From Acidobacteriota bacterium (GTDB lineage: Bacteria; Acidobacteriota; UBA6911), in the NCBI GenBank assembly GCA_963664705.1, contig OY761556.1:1984001-2048000 (forward strand): DNA of 64,000 bases, in the 5' to 3' direction. The notes under the pieces were generated by a model. The model made no database searches. It had not been told where the DNA came from and saw nothing but the letters and a program-made list of their open reading frames with translations. A program made the position numbers and the translations under genes. Below, piece by piece: positions 18,836 to 28,342 of the stretch (the stretch's first letter is position 1; each line of letters starts with the position of its first letter).

Positions 18836-19336
18836 ATGAGCGTTTTGGAAGGAAAATTCGAAGAAAATGTCTTCATAACATCCCTGGACTGGGTGTTTAA
18901 CTGGGCTCGCTCGTCCTCCCCATGGCCGCTGTCCTTTGGACTGGCATGCTGTGCCATTGAAATGATGGCTGCAGGTGCGTCGCGCTATGACTTGGCCCGT
19001 TTCGGAGCAGAAGTCTTTCGTGGGACTCCAAGGCAGGCGGATATCATGATTGTGGCCGGCACTGTTTCCCTGAAAATGGCAACGCGGATCAAGCGACTTT
19101 ATGATCAGATGGCGTCTCCAAAGTATGTTATTTCGATGGGCAGCTGCGCCAATCGCGGAGGCCCCTATTTCCGGCATGGGTATCACGTTCTCAAAGGAGT
19201 AGATCAGATCATTCCGGTGGATGTTTATGTCCCGGGCTGTCCTCCGCGTCCGGAAGCGCTCCTGGAGGGAATTATCAAACTGCAGGAAAAGATCCGGAAA
19301 GAAACGATTGCCAAAGACAAGGCGGGGGCAGCATGA
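18836..19336 (+). CDS. nuoB: NADH-quinone oxidoreductase subunit B (copy 2)
   Basis: [23 protein letters not shown] and PGCPPRPE. Confidence 0.95.
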   Translation: MSVLEGKFEENVFITSLDWVFNWARSSSPWPLSFGLACCAIEMMAAGASRYDLARFGAEVFRGTPRQADIMIVAGTVSLKMATRIKRLYDQMASPKYVISMGSCANRGGPYFRHGYHVLKGVDQIIPVDVYVPGCPPRPEALLEGIIKLQEKIRKETIAKDKAGAA

Positions 19337-19800
19337 CTCCACAGGAAATCGCGGCGTTACTGACGGAAAAATTCGAAGGCAAAATTCTCGAATCCAAAAC
19401 GGACTCGCTCAGTCCCTGGAGTGCTGTTGAATCCGCTTGCATCCTCGAGATCGGCCGTTTCCTGAAAGAAGACGGCCGGCTGTCCATGGATCACCTGGAA
19501 CTGCTGGGTGGGGCAGACTACAAGGACCGTATTGAAGTCGTTTACATTCTCTTTTCCATGAAGCATCGGCATCGCTACACTCTGAAATGCCGACTCCCCA
19601 GGGAAGCCCCGGCTCTCTCCACGGTCGAATCCCTCTGGGGCGTGGCCAATTGGCATGAGCGTGAAGCGTTCGATATGTTCGGGATTGTTTTTGAGGGGCA
19701 CAGCGACCTGCGCCGAATACTTTGCCCTGACGACTGGGAAGGATATCCCCTGCGTAAGGATTATAAGAGCCCGACAAGTTATCGGGACATGCCTGTCTAG
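19333..19800 (+). CDS. nuoC: NADH-quinone oxidoreductase subunit C
   Basis: [23 protein letters not shown] and YPLRKDY. Confidence 0.95.
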   Translation: MTPQEIAALLTEKFEGKILESKTDSLSPWSAVESACILEIGRFLKEDGRLSMDHLELLGGADYKDRIEVVYILFSMKHRHRYTLKCRLPREAPALSTVESLWGVANWHEREAFDMFGIVFEGHSDLRRILCPDDWEGYPLRKDYKSPTSYRDMPV

Positions 19801-19808
19801 GAGGATCG

Positions 19809-20930
19809 ATGGAGGTTGATTACAGCGGCGACGTAATGACGCTGAACATGGGGCCGCAGCACCCTTCGACGCACGGAGTCTTGCGCCTTGAGCTCAAGAC
19901 GGACGGCGAAGTGGTGGCAGATGCCATCCCGCATATCGGATATTTGCATCGGTGCTTCGAAAAGCATGTCGAAAACGTGGATTATGCCGGGGTGGTCCCA
20001 TACACGGACCGGATGGATTACTGCGCAGCCATGAACATGGAGCTGGGCTACGTTCTCACGGTCGAAAAGCTGATGGGAATCGAAGTCAACAACCGTGTGC
20101 GCTGCATCCGGATCATCATGGCGGAATTGAGCAGAATTGCCAGCCATCTGATTGCGGCGGGAACGTACGGCAATGATATTGGCTCTTTCACGCCATTCCT
20201 GTGGTGCTTCCGCGACCGGGAGACGATCCTCGATATTTTCGAAGAAACCTGCGGGGCCCGGCTTCTGTATAACTACAATTGGGTCGGCGGGCTGATGTAC
20301 GACGTTAAGCCCGGTTTTGAAAAGAAAGTCATCGAGTTTATCGATTACTTCGAGCCTCAGGTCGGCAACCTGAATCGAATTCTCTCCGACAACTATATTT
20401 TCATCAAGCGAACCGCCAGCGTTGGAATTCTGTCGCCGGAAATGGCCATCAGCTATGGCGTCACGGGACCGAATCTTCGAGGCAGCGGTGTGAAATTTGA
20501 CGTCCGCAAGGATGAGCCTTACCTCGGGTACCAGGATATCGATTTCGAAGTTGCGGTAGGGCAGGGGGAATATGGCCCCATTGGTTCCTGCTGGGATCGA
20601 TACATGGTCCGGATTCGTGAAGTGCGGGAAAGCTGCAAAATCATCCGCCAGGCCGTCGCCCAGATGACGCCAGGGGATGTGCATGAAACCGTCCCCAAGC
20701 GCATCAAGCCACCGGCAGGCGAAATTTATATGCGGACAGAGTGTCCCAGGGGTGAATTAGGGTATTACATCGTCAGCGATGGAACTCTGAAGCCTTATAG
20801 ACTGAAGGTGAAATCACCCTGTTTCACCGTCATGAGCGCTTTCCGGGACGTCAGCAGGGGATCGATGATTTCCGATGTTGTGGCGATTCTGGGAAGCTTT
20901 GATATCGTGTTAGGCGAAATCGACCGCTAG
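19809..20930 (+). CDS. nuoD: NADH-quinone oxidoreductase subunit D (copy 2)
   Basis: NMGPQHPSTHGVLRL, GYLHRCFEK, DRMDY and GEIDR. Confidence 0.95.
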   Translation: MEVDYSGDVMTLNMGPQHPSTHGVLRLELKTDGEVVADAIPHIGYLHRCFEKHVENVDYAGVVPYTDRMDYCAAMNMELGYVLTVEKLMGIEVNNRVRCIRIIMAELSRIASHLIAAGTYGNDIGSFTPFLWCFRDRETILDIFEETCGARLLYNYNWVGGLMYDVKPGFEKKVIEFIDYFEPQVGNLNRILSDNYIFIKRTASVGILSPEMAISYGVTGPNLRGSGVKFDVRKDEPYLGYQDIDFEVAVGQGEYGPIGSCWDRYMVRIREVRESCKIIRQAVAQMTPGDVHETVPKRIKPPAGEIYMRTECPRGELGYYIVSDGTLKPYRLKVKSPCFTVMSAFRDVSRGSMISDVVAILGSFDIVLGEIDR

Positions 20931-20945
20931 TAGAGGATTGTACCA

Positions 20946-22001
20946 ATGGAGTCTCTTGCGCGACTGCTGCAACTAATACCGAAATATGATGCGCTTCCCG
21001 GCTTTCTGCAGGCGATTCTTCCGGGCCTGGTCAGCAGTGTTGTGATTTTTGCACTGATGGCGCTTGCGGTGCTCTTCCTCGTATGGCTGGAGAGGAAGGT
21101 ATCAGCTCATATTCAGGATCGCCTGGGTCCGATGTATGTGGGCGGATGGCACGGGTGGGCCCAAACCATCGCGGACGCGGTAAAACTTCTGCTGAAGGAA
21201 GACATTGTCCCCGCATCCGCTGACACGCTTCTGTATAAGATGGCCCCCTTTATCGTGTTTCTCGGTGCCTTTGCGGCCTTTGTCGTTATACCTTTCGGGG
21301 CCGCCTCGTTTGTAACCGATCTCAATATCGGGGTCTTGTATATTGTGGCAGTCGGCAGTCTCTCGGTAATCGGAATTATCATGGCCGGCTGGGCATCGAA
21401 CAACAAATATTCCCTCTATGGGGGAATGCGTGCAGCCGCGCAGATCATCAGCTATGAGATTCCATCCGCCATCGCCATCATGACTGTTATCATCCCGGTC
21501 GGAAGTCTGTCGATGGTGGACATCGTGAATGCGCAGAATGGCGGCATTCATCACTGGTTCATCTTTCGCAATCCATTCACCTTCCTGGCCTGCATCATTT
21601 ACTTTGTGGGGTCGCTCGCTGAGGTCAATCGTACGCCGTTTGATATTCCCGAAGCGGAATCGGAACTGGTGGCCGGCTATCATACCGAATACTCCGGAAT
21701 GCGTTTTGCATTTTTCTTCCTCGCTGAATACGCGAACATGATTCTTGTTGCCAGCGTTACCACCGCTCTTTTTCTCGGCGGATGGACGCCGGTCCTGCCA
21801 TCATCCATTGCTCCGCAGCTTTTGCCGGGACCGGTTACATTCCTGCTGAAGGTGCTGATTGTGGTGTTTGTCCAGATGTGGCTGCGCTGGTCCCTCCCGC
21901 GCCTGAGAGTGGATCAGCTCATGTATCTGAGCTGGAAGGTGCTGCTTCCAATCTCCCTCGTCCTTGTACTGGGCGTCGGCTGGCTGACGATCTATTGGTA
22001 G
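20946..22001 (+). CDS. nuoH: NADH-quinone oxidoreductase subunit H
   Basis: [24 protein letters not shown] and [24 protein letters not shown]. Confidence 0.96.
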   Translation: MESLARLLQLIPKYDALPGFLQAILPGLVSSVVIFALMALAVLFLVWLERKVSAHIQDRLGPMYVGGWHGWAQTIADAVKLLLKEDIVPASADTLLYKMAPFIVFLGAFAAFVVIPFGAASFVTDLNIGVLYIVAVGSLSVIGIIMAGWASNNKYSLYGGMRAAAQIISYEIPSAIAIMTVIIPVGSLSMVDIVNAQNGGIHHWFIFRNPFTFLACIIYFVGSLAEVNRTPFDIPEAESELVAGYHTEYSGMRFAFFFLAEYANMILVASVTTALFLGGWTPVLPSSIAPQLLPGPVTFLLKVLIVVFVQMWLRWSLPRLRVDQLMYLSWKVLLPISLVLVLGVGWLTIYW

Positions 22002-22020
22002 GCCTTTTTAGGAAAACTGT

Positions 22021-22500
22021 ATGTTGACTTATTTTCGTAATCTCTGGCTCGGACTCACCACGGTGTTGCACTCGATGCATGAGGCATGGGGCCATCTGTT
22101 TACCCGCTCCGTGACACTGCAATATCCCACGCAAAAATGGACAATGCCGGAACGGAGCCGGGCACGGCTTTTGAACAAGATTGACGACTGCATTGGCTGC
22201 GGACAGTGCGCCCGTTCCTGTCCAACCAGCTGCATCACGATCCAGACCGAAAAGAGATCTAAAGAGGAGCCGCCGGTCTTTGCCTCCGACGGCACGGCCA
22301 AAAAGCTTCGCACGGTCGTCTTCGACATTGACATGACACTCTGCTGCTATTGCGGCCTGTGCACATTCGCCTGCCCCACGCATTGCCTGGTCATGACAGG
22401 GGCGTATGAGTATTCGGTTTACGATAGGAATGAACACACCTATCACTTTGCCAAGGAAAAGCCGCTCGGTGAAGCGCCAAAGGAGCAATCAACGGTCTAG
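22021..22500 (+). CDS. nuoI: NADH-quinone oxidoreductase subunit I (copy 2)
   Basis: TLQYP, CIGCGQCARSCP and CCYCGLCTFACP. Confidence 0.93.
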   Translation: MLTYFRNLWLGLTTVLHSMHEAWGHLFTRSVTLQYPTQKWTMPERSRARLLNKIDDCIGCGQCARSCPTSCITIQTEKRSKEEPPVFASDGTAKKLRTVVFDIDMTLCCYCGLCTFACPTHCLVMTGAYEYSVYDRNEHTYHFAKEKPLGEAPKEQSTV

Positions 22501-22515
22501 GCCCGAAATTTACCC

Positions 22516-23022
22516 ATGGACAATAAACTGGTTACCCAAGTCATTTTTTACTTTTTTGCGATCCTGACAGTCGGCTCCGCGGCGGTTGTGGTTTTTTCCA
22601 AAAGCCTCATCCGCGCTGCTTTTGCCCTGTTGTTTACTTTTTTTGGCGTTGCGGCGCTGTACGCTTTTCTTGGAGCGGACTTTCTCGCGGCAACACAAAT
22701 GGTCATCTATGTCGGCGGCATCCTCGTTCTGCTGCTGTTCGGCGTTATGCTTACCCACAAGCTCTATGACCTGAATCTGAGATCGGAGACCTTCCAGTTC
22801 ATTCCCGCTGTTATTGCGGTGCTGAGCATTTTTCTGCTGTTGGGGACTTTCATGATGAAGACCCAGTGGCATACTGGAGGCCAGAGAGCCCCGCTGCCCA
22901 CCACCTCGACCATCGGCGAATTATTCATGCAGGACTATATACTTCCTTTTGAAGCTGCCTCCATCCTTCTAATTGTTGCGCTGATCGGGGCTGCCATGAT
23001 CGTCAGGAGAAGATCGGAATGA
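22516..23022 (+). CDS. nuoJ: NADH-quinone oxidoreductase subunit J
   Basis: QMVIYVGGILVL and YILPFE. Confidence 0.93.
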   Translation: MDNKLVTQVIFYFFAILTVGSAAVVVFSKSLIRAAFALLFTFFGVAALYAFLGADFLAATQMVIYVGGILVLLLFGVMLTHKLYDLNLRSETFQFIPAVIAVLSIFLLLGTFMMKTQWHTGGQRAPLPTTSTIGELFMQDYILPFEAASILLIVALIGAAMIVRRRSE

Positions 23023-23324
23023 TAGGACTCAGCCATTATCTCATCATTAGCGCGGCGCTGTTCTCCCTGGGCATTATGGCGGTTCTTACGCGCAAGAATG
23101 CCGTCAACGTCCTGATGGGAGTCGAACTGATTCTGAACTCCGCCAATATCAACCTGGTTGCATTCTCCAGGTTTTCCGCGGGAAATATCAGCGGACAAAT
23201 TTTTGCCATTTTTATCATTGTAGTTGCCGCGGCCGAAGCGGCAGTGGCCTTGGCCATTGTTCTTTCGATGTACCGAATTATCAAAACCGTAAACCTGGAT
23301 CGGGCGGATACGCTGAAAGGGTAG
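23019..23324 (+). CDS. nuoK: NADH-quinone oxidoreductase subunit K
   Basis: GVELILNSANINL and AAAEAAVALA. Confidence 0.95.
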   Translation: MIGLSHYLIISAALFSLGIMAVLTRKNAVNVLMGVELILNSANINLVAFSRFSAGNISGQIFAIFIIVVAAAEAAVALAIVLSMYRIIKTVNLDRADTLKG

Positions 23325-23326
23325 GC

Positions 23327-24814
23327 ATGAATCCCCAGCTGCTTTTGGATCTTAAGAAGTTCTATCCTGAAATTACTCTGACGGCCGCTCTCCTATGCGT
23401 AATCGTGGTGGATATTGGATTCCCGCGAATTCGGAAGCAACTCAGCTTCGCCATCACGGCCCTGTCCCTGGCAGCCGCATTTTTCCTCAGCATTCCGTTG
23501 TTCCACTCTACTCCCGGAACGCTGTTTTATGGCACGCTTGCGCTGGATCCCATGGCCGTCTTCTTCAAGGGCTTCCTTATCCTTACCTCGTTCCTCGTCC
23601 TGCTGGCCACTCCGGGCTCAAAGGAACTCTATCAGCACCACCTTGGTGAATTCTACGCTCTGCTCCTCGGCGTTACGATCGGCATGCTTCTGCTGACCTC
23701 CAGTGTCGATCTGATCATGCTATACATTGCGCTGGAAACACTGTCGATCGGCAGCTATGTCATGGTGGGATATCTGAAGAATGACCGTCAATCCAACGAA
23801 GCATCGCTGAAATATCTGCTCTTTGGTGCGGTCTCAACCGGTTGCATGCTTTATGGCATGACAATTCTCTACGGATTGACCGGATCCACAAAACTGGCGG
23901 TCATCCGGGAGGTTTTTGCTTCCAGCGCATTTGCAGGCGGCAATGCCGCCATGCTGCTGATTGCGACGGCCCTGATGCTTGCCGGCTTTGGATTCAAAAC
24001 CGCCGCGGTGCCGTTTCATTTCTGGTGCCCGGATGTATATACCGGGGCTCCGACTCCGGTTACGGCCTTTTTGAGTGTGGCTCCTAAAGCCGCCGGGTTT
24101 GCCATGCTTGTCCGTTTCTTCTTCACCGGCCTTTCCACCTCTGCCACGCCCGGCTATTGGGTACCGTTCCACCAGATCGACTGGCATATCCTGATACTTG
24201 CCATCTCGGTTATTACAATGGTTCTGGGAAATATCGCTGCTCTGCGCCAGGATAATATCAAGCGGATGCTGGCCTATTCCTCCATTGCACACGCCGGCTA
24301 TATCTTCATGGGTGCCGTAGTCCTGACTGCCCAGGGCCTTCAGTCGATTCTCATTTATCTGATCACATACCTTTTCATGAACCTGGGTGCCTTTCTTGTG
24401 GTCATCGAGGTTTTCAATCGCACCGGGAGTTTTGACCTCAAGGATTACCGCGGGCTGTACCGCCGATCTCCATTCCTCACGATTGCGATGAGCGTTTTCA
24501 TGCTTTCGCTGATGGGAATTCCTCCCTTTGCCGGCTTTTGGGGAAAGATGTATGTGTTTATGGCGGCGGTGAACCGGAACCTGGCATGGTTTGCCGTGGT
24601 TGGCGCCCTCAACAGTGTCATCGCGGTCTACTATTATGTCCGGGTTATCAAAACCATGATCATTGAGCCCAACGAGGATATGACGCCCATTCAAATCCCC
24701 TGGACCAGTCACGTCATGGTTTGGGTCATGATGATTCCAACCGCCGCGATGATGCTCTTCTGGAACCAGATCGAAAAGCTGACGATGAGTTCTCTCAGCC
24801 TATTTTTGGGGTAA
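23327..24814 (+). CDS. nuoN: NADH-quinone oxidoreductase subunit N
   Basis: EASLKY, FKTAAVPFHFWCPDVYTGAP, KRMLAYSSIAHAGY and GIPPFAGF. Confidence 0.95.
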   Translation: MNPQLLLDLKKFYPEITLTAALLCVIVVDIGFPRIRKQLSFAITALSLAAAFFLSIPLFHSTPGTLFYGTLALDPMAVFFKGFLILTSFLVLLATPGSKELYQHHLGEFYALLLGVTIGMLLLTSSVDLIMLYIALETLSIGSYVMVGYLKNDRQSNEASLKYLLFGAVSTGCMLYGMTILYGLTGSTKLAVIREVFASSAFAGGNAAMLLIATALMLAGFGFKTAAVPFHFWCPDVYTGAPTPVTAFLSVAPKAAGFAMLVRFFFTGLSTSATPGYWVPFHQIDWHILILAISVITMVLGNIAALRQDNIKRMLAYSSIAHAGYIFMGAVVLTAQGLQSILIYLITYLFMNLGAFLVVIEVFNRTGSFDLKDYRGLYRRSPFLTIAMSVFMLSLMGIPPFAGFWGKMYVFMAAVNRNLAWFAVVGALNSVIAVYYYVRVIKTMIIEPNEDMTPIQIPWTSHVMVWVMMIPTAAMMLFWNQIEKLTMSSLSLFLG

Positions 24815-24847
24815 TCCGTAGATTGGCGTTTGCAATTTCCAGGCGCC

Positions 24848-25897
24848 TCAGTCGGGAATATATCTGCCGGTATGCAGGTAGTTCATTACCACGGTAGTTC
24901 CCAAAGCCGCAAGAGAAGCAAGACTGGAGCTTTCCTCATCGGGCGAGTAGGTCAAGCCCAACTCCCGACATCGTCCGAAAAAGCGTCCAATAACGGGAGC
25001 CACAACCTTTTCCCGTGCGCCGGTCCACCGGGCGATCGTTTCCACCAGGAATCGACGGTTTCTGCGAATGAGGTTTTTGGCTGGAACACTCCGTTTGTGC
25101 CCGTTGGATACAATAAAGATCTTCCGTAGATCCTCATCATAGATGCCCAAGGCATTGTCTTTGAAATCGTCAAGGTCTTCCCCGTAATAATCGATCAGCG
25201 TGTAGGTCTTGAGATGATAGGGAGAGTCCAGTTGCTCTTCCTCAAATGTGATCGGCGCCCGTTTGCCTCGCAGTCGGCGCATTGCGGCATCGATATACTC
25301 CAACTTTTTAATGCAGGGCCATTTCCGGTAGATGCTTCGCCAGTTTGACCGGGGCGTCAACCACACGGCGAAAGTCTCGGCAAAATCCTCGTCCGGATGG
25401 GCCTGCGCATAATACTTCGGCTCCCCTTGACTCCGAACATACCCACGGCTGAATCGGTTAAACTTAAACTTGAAATTTGTTGGGTAAGTACTGTTAAATT
25501 CACCAAATAAATCAGTCCACTCTCGCTCTTCATAGAGCGCAAAGGCATAGTTGATTGCGTGGCCAGCCTCATGGCGGAGCAGGACCATAAGATCGCTTTT
25601 ATCGTAGGATGTGTATCCCATCTCCCGCTCGAGTTTTACAAGCCTGTTGTCTGCCAGGTGAAAGGGAATACCAATGATGGGCACACGATCCGGACAACCC
25701 CATTCGTCTCCGGCGCAGGTAAAGTAATAGGCGGGGCGGAAAGCTAGCTTTTTGGCTTCTAGCTCGACATAAAGCTTTTGAATACAACGATATAATAGAG
25801 TTTGTTCAAGATCGAGTTTTAGGTCACGGATTCGGGTGTTCAGAAGAGCGTATCGTTCGGTTTCCCAATTCAGCTCAAACTTCAGCTCGGTGGCCAT
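24848..25897 (-). CDS. Putative zinc-binding metallopeptidase (Peptidase_Mx-like)
   Basis: LLRHEAGHA (HExxH) and YAQAHPDEDFAETFAVW. Confidence 0.82.
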   Translation of the reverse strand: MATELKFELNWETERYALLNTRIRDLKLDLEQTLLYRCIQKLYVELEAKKLAFRPAYYFTCAGDEWGCPDRVPIIGIPFHLADNRLVKLEREMGYTSYDKSDLMVLLRHEAGHAINYAFALYEEREWTDLFGEFNSTYPTNFKFKFNRFSRGYVRSQGEPKYYAQAHPDEDFAETFAVWLTPRSNWRSIYRKWPCIKKLEYIDAAMRRLRGKRAPITFEEEQLDSPYHLKTYTLIDYYGEDLDDFKDNALGIYDEDLRKIFIVSNGHKRSVPAKNLIRRNRRFLVETIARWTGAREKVVAPVIGRFFGRCRELGLTYSPDEESSSLASLAALGTTVVMNYLHTGRYIPD

Positions 25898-26070
25898 CTT
25901 TTCGTACTCGGGGAGACATTGGGAGAGAGATCACCCCATCCAGGCACCGCCTCGGCTTTTGCCTGGACGAATGATGATTATATGCCATGGCCGAAAGACG
26001 TTGAAGAGGATTTACAACTAAATATTATCCATTGTAAGCAATAGATAAATAAAGACTAACAGGATTATCT

Positions 26071-26400
26071 CTATTTAGGTTTCTCTGTGGTTGAAATACG
26101 GATTTCGCTGGCGGAACCATCCAGACCAATGCCATTTTTGGAGGACTTCTTCAGATCCATCTTCACCTGAAGGATGGAAAAAATCTTCAGCTCGCCAAAC
26201 TCAGCAGCCTTGCCATTGACCGTAATTTTGGCGGAGGAGGCATCCAGGAGATACTTTGCTTTTCCCGGGATATGGGAAACCAGGATCAGCTTCTCCGAGC
26301 TCGATATCGAAAGGAGGCGATACATTCCCGACTCGACAGGAAAGGCACTCAGGCAAATCAACACCAAGGCAATGACCAGCCACACTCTCTTCATTTTCAT
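26071..26400 (-). CDS. Hypothetical exported small beta-rich protein
   Basis: MKMKRVWLVIALVLICLSAFP signal peptide followed by a basic beta-rich domain. Confidence 0.6.
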   Translation of the reverse strand: MKMKRVWLVIALVLICLSAFPVESGMYRLLSISSSEKLILVSHIPGKAKYLLDASSAKITVNGKAAEFGELKIFSILQVKMDLKKSSKNGIGLDGSASEIRISTTEKPK

Positions 26401-26586
26401 GGCACCGGTTCCTTTTATGGACCATCCGGCATGACCCGGCATATGGACCCCGCTTATTGGAGTTACGAGCAGCACTGAAGGTTCAATCTCAGCTTCATTT
26501 CATCTCCCCTGAGCATTATAGCCTATTGCAAAACGCAGGACGCGCTTCTTGTTTTATGGTATCCATACAGTTTCAGGAGAATCCGA

Positions 26587-27780
26587 GTGAAAACGTGTTC
26601 CGGCCTGGTTCTGTTTCTTTTATTTTTAATGCCCTGCGCTAATCTTGCGGCTGAACAGCCTTTGTTGATTGTCTTCCCGTTGGATGGCCCCGCCAACGCC
26701 AGCGCCCCGCCGTGGCTGAGCGAAGGTCTGGCTTTATCCATCTCCAACCAGTTGAGCGGTAGGGAACTGAGGACGCTTGAACGAGAGGAACGGCTAAAAC
26801 TGATTGAAAACCTGGATCTGCCTCCGGGAGCCAGGCTCAGCCGTGCGAGCATGATCCGGGTTGCGCAGCGCGCAGGCGCGGACATGCTGGTCATGGGAGG
26901 ATATTCCGGTACGGAACAAAGTTTGAAGATATCGCTCCGAGTACTTAATCTCAAGACTCTGAAACTTGGCGGCGAGATGACAGCCAACGGACCGCTTTCT
27001 GCGCTGCCGCAGATTGAAAACGAGCTTGCCTGGCTCATCCTCATCAATAATGGATTCGAAAAGTCGTTTACACGCGAAAAATTTCTGGAACGGACGCGCA
27101 GGATTCCGACGCCGGCCTACTCCCTTTATGTCAAGAGCCTCGATACCATCCCGGAATCCGAGCAGCTTCGTCTACTGCAGAATGCGGTACAGCTTTACAA
27201 GGATTTTCCGGAGGCGCAATTCGGACTGGGTCGGGCGTATTTTCGCAGGGGAGACTGCATCAACGCCATGCCCCATCTGCTGCAGAGTCGTACCGACCGG
27301 AGCTCTATGGTGGACATCGATTTCATGCGCGGCACGTGCTATCTGCAATCCGATCAGCCGCTGCAGGCCGTGCAATCCCTCTGGCACCTTTTGCAGACCG
27401 CACGCCCGTACGAAGCCCTCAATAACATCGGTGTGGCCTATATTCGCAAAGGGGACCTGACCCTGGCCGCCAATTCCCTGACCGAGGCACGAAACATGGT
27501 TCGCCATGATCCGACGGTAACGCTGAATCTCGCGCTCGTGCGGCATCTGCAGGGCAATGAATCCGCTGCCAGATTTTTCCTGGAAGAAGGCGGCAGAGTT
27601 CACCCCGATAACGGGATGCTCCAGTTCCTGCTTAGCATCGTGCTGAAAGCGCAGGGCGAGCCGGAAAAGGCAGCCGCCGCGGCCGGCAAAGCCAAAAACC
27701 TGGGAATCAACGTGGAAAAATACCAGGCGGAGGATCCTATAAAATGGTCCCGGGCGCTTTCAAGCCTGGAAAATCGATAA
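26587..27780 (+). CDS. Exported tetratricopeptide-repeat protein with N-terminal TolB-N/CsgG-like domain
   Basis: Signal peptide; WLSEGLA and ADMLVMGGY; TPRs FPEAQFGLGRAY, EALNNIGVAY and LNLALVRH. Confidence 0.78.
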   Translation: MKTCSGLVLFLLFLMPCANLAAEQPLLIVFPLDGPANASAPPWLSEGLALSISNQLSGRELRTLEREERLKLIENLDLPPGARLSRASMIRVAQRAGADMLVMGGYSGTEQSLKISLRVLNLKTLKLGGEMTANGPLSALPQIENELAWLILINNGFEKSFTREKFLERTRRIPTPAYSLYVKSLDTIPESEQLRLLQNAVQLYKDFPEAQFGLGRAYFRRGDCINAMPHLLQSRTDRSSMVDIDFMRGTCYLQSDQPLQAVQSLWHLLQTARPYEALNNIGVAYIRKGDLTLAANSLTEARNMVRHDPTVTLNLALVRHLQGNESAARFFLEEGGRVHPDNGMLQFLLSIVLKAQGEPEKAAAAAGKAKNLGINVEKYQAEDPIKWSRALSSLENR

Positions 27781-27806
27781 ATTCTTGAAATTGCTGAATG
27801 GACGCC

Positions 27807-27835
27807 TTGACAAGGTTTCGGCTCCCACATAAGAT
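27807..27835 (+). promoter_or_regulatory. sigma70 promoter of tRNA-Leu
   Basis: TTGACA-17 nt-TAAGAT ending 15 nt before the tRNA. Confidence 0.7.
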
Positions 27836-27849
27836 AGCTGTTCCAGTCA

Positions 27850-27933
27850 GCCGAAGTGGCGGAATTGGCAGACGCGCTAGGTTCAGGGTCTAGTGGGCTT
27901 AAGCTCGTGGGGGTTCGAGTCCCCCCTTCGGCA
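27850..27933 (+). tRNA. tRNA-Leu (anticodon CAG); CCA not encoded
   Basis: Acceptor stem GCCGAAG/CTTCGGC+A; D-loop GGAATTGGCAGAC; anticodon arm CTAGG-TTCAGGG-TCTAG; long variable arm; T-loop GGTTCGAGTCC. Confidence 0.96.
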
Positions 27934-28342
27934 CTCTCCTTTCCTTAGACAACCCATAAATATTCCATGCTGCCAATCCAATTCTAACGTCGGCGGCTCG
28001 TCCGATGCCGGGCAGATTTCTGCAAGAGGAGCCCTGCGGAGCCTGCTCTTTTTCGGCCACACTGAAGCATGGCTTTCAGGCCTCCTTTTTATAAAAAAAG
28101 GCCCAGGAGGCCGCGCGCCGGCCGGGGCCATTACGGCAGTCGCATCCACGGAAAGAAACCGATGCAAATAAAAAGATTGCGGATTTTTTGCGGGTTTGGG
28201 CCCTGGTTGCACCCGGTCCTTGAGTGAAGCGGCATTTCATAAACGGACTTGAAATTCTTATTTTTTATCCCCCCAGGCCCTTAGTTCGTGGTATATTGCG
28301 CAGCTTGGAATTCGCAACCCTTAGCAGCTGAGGAGATGATTA

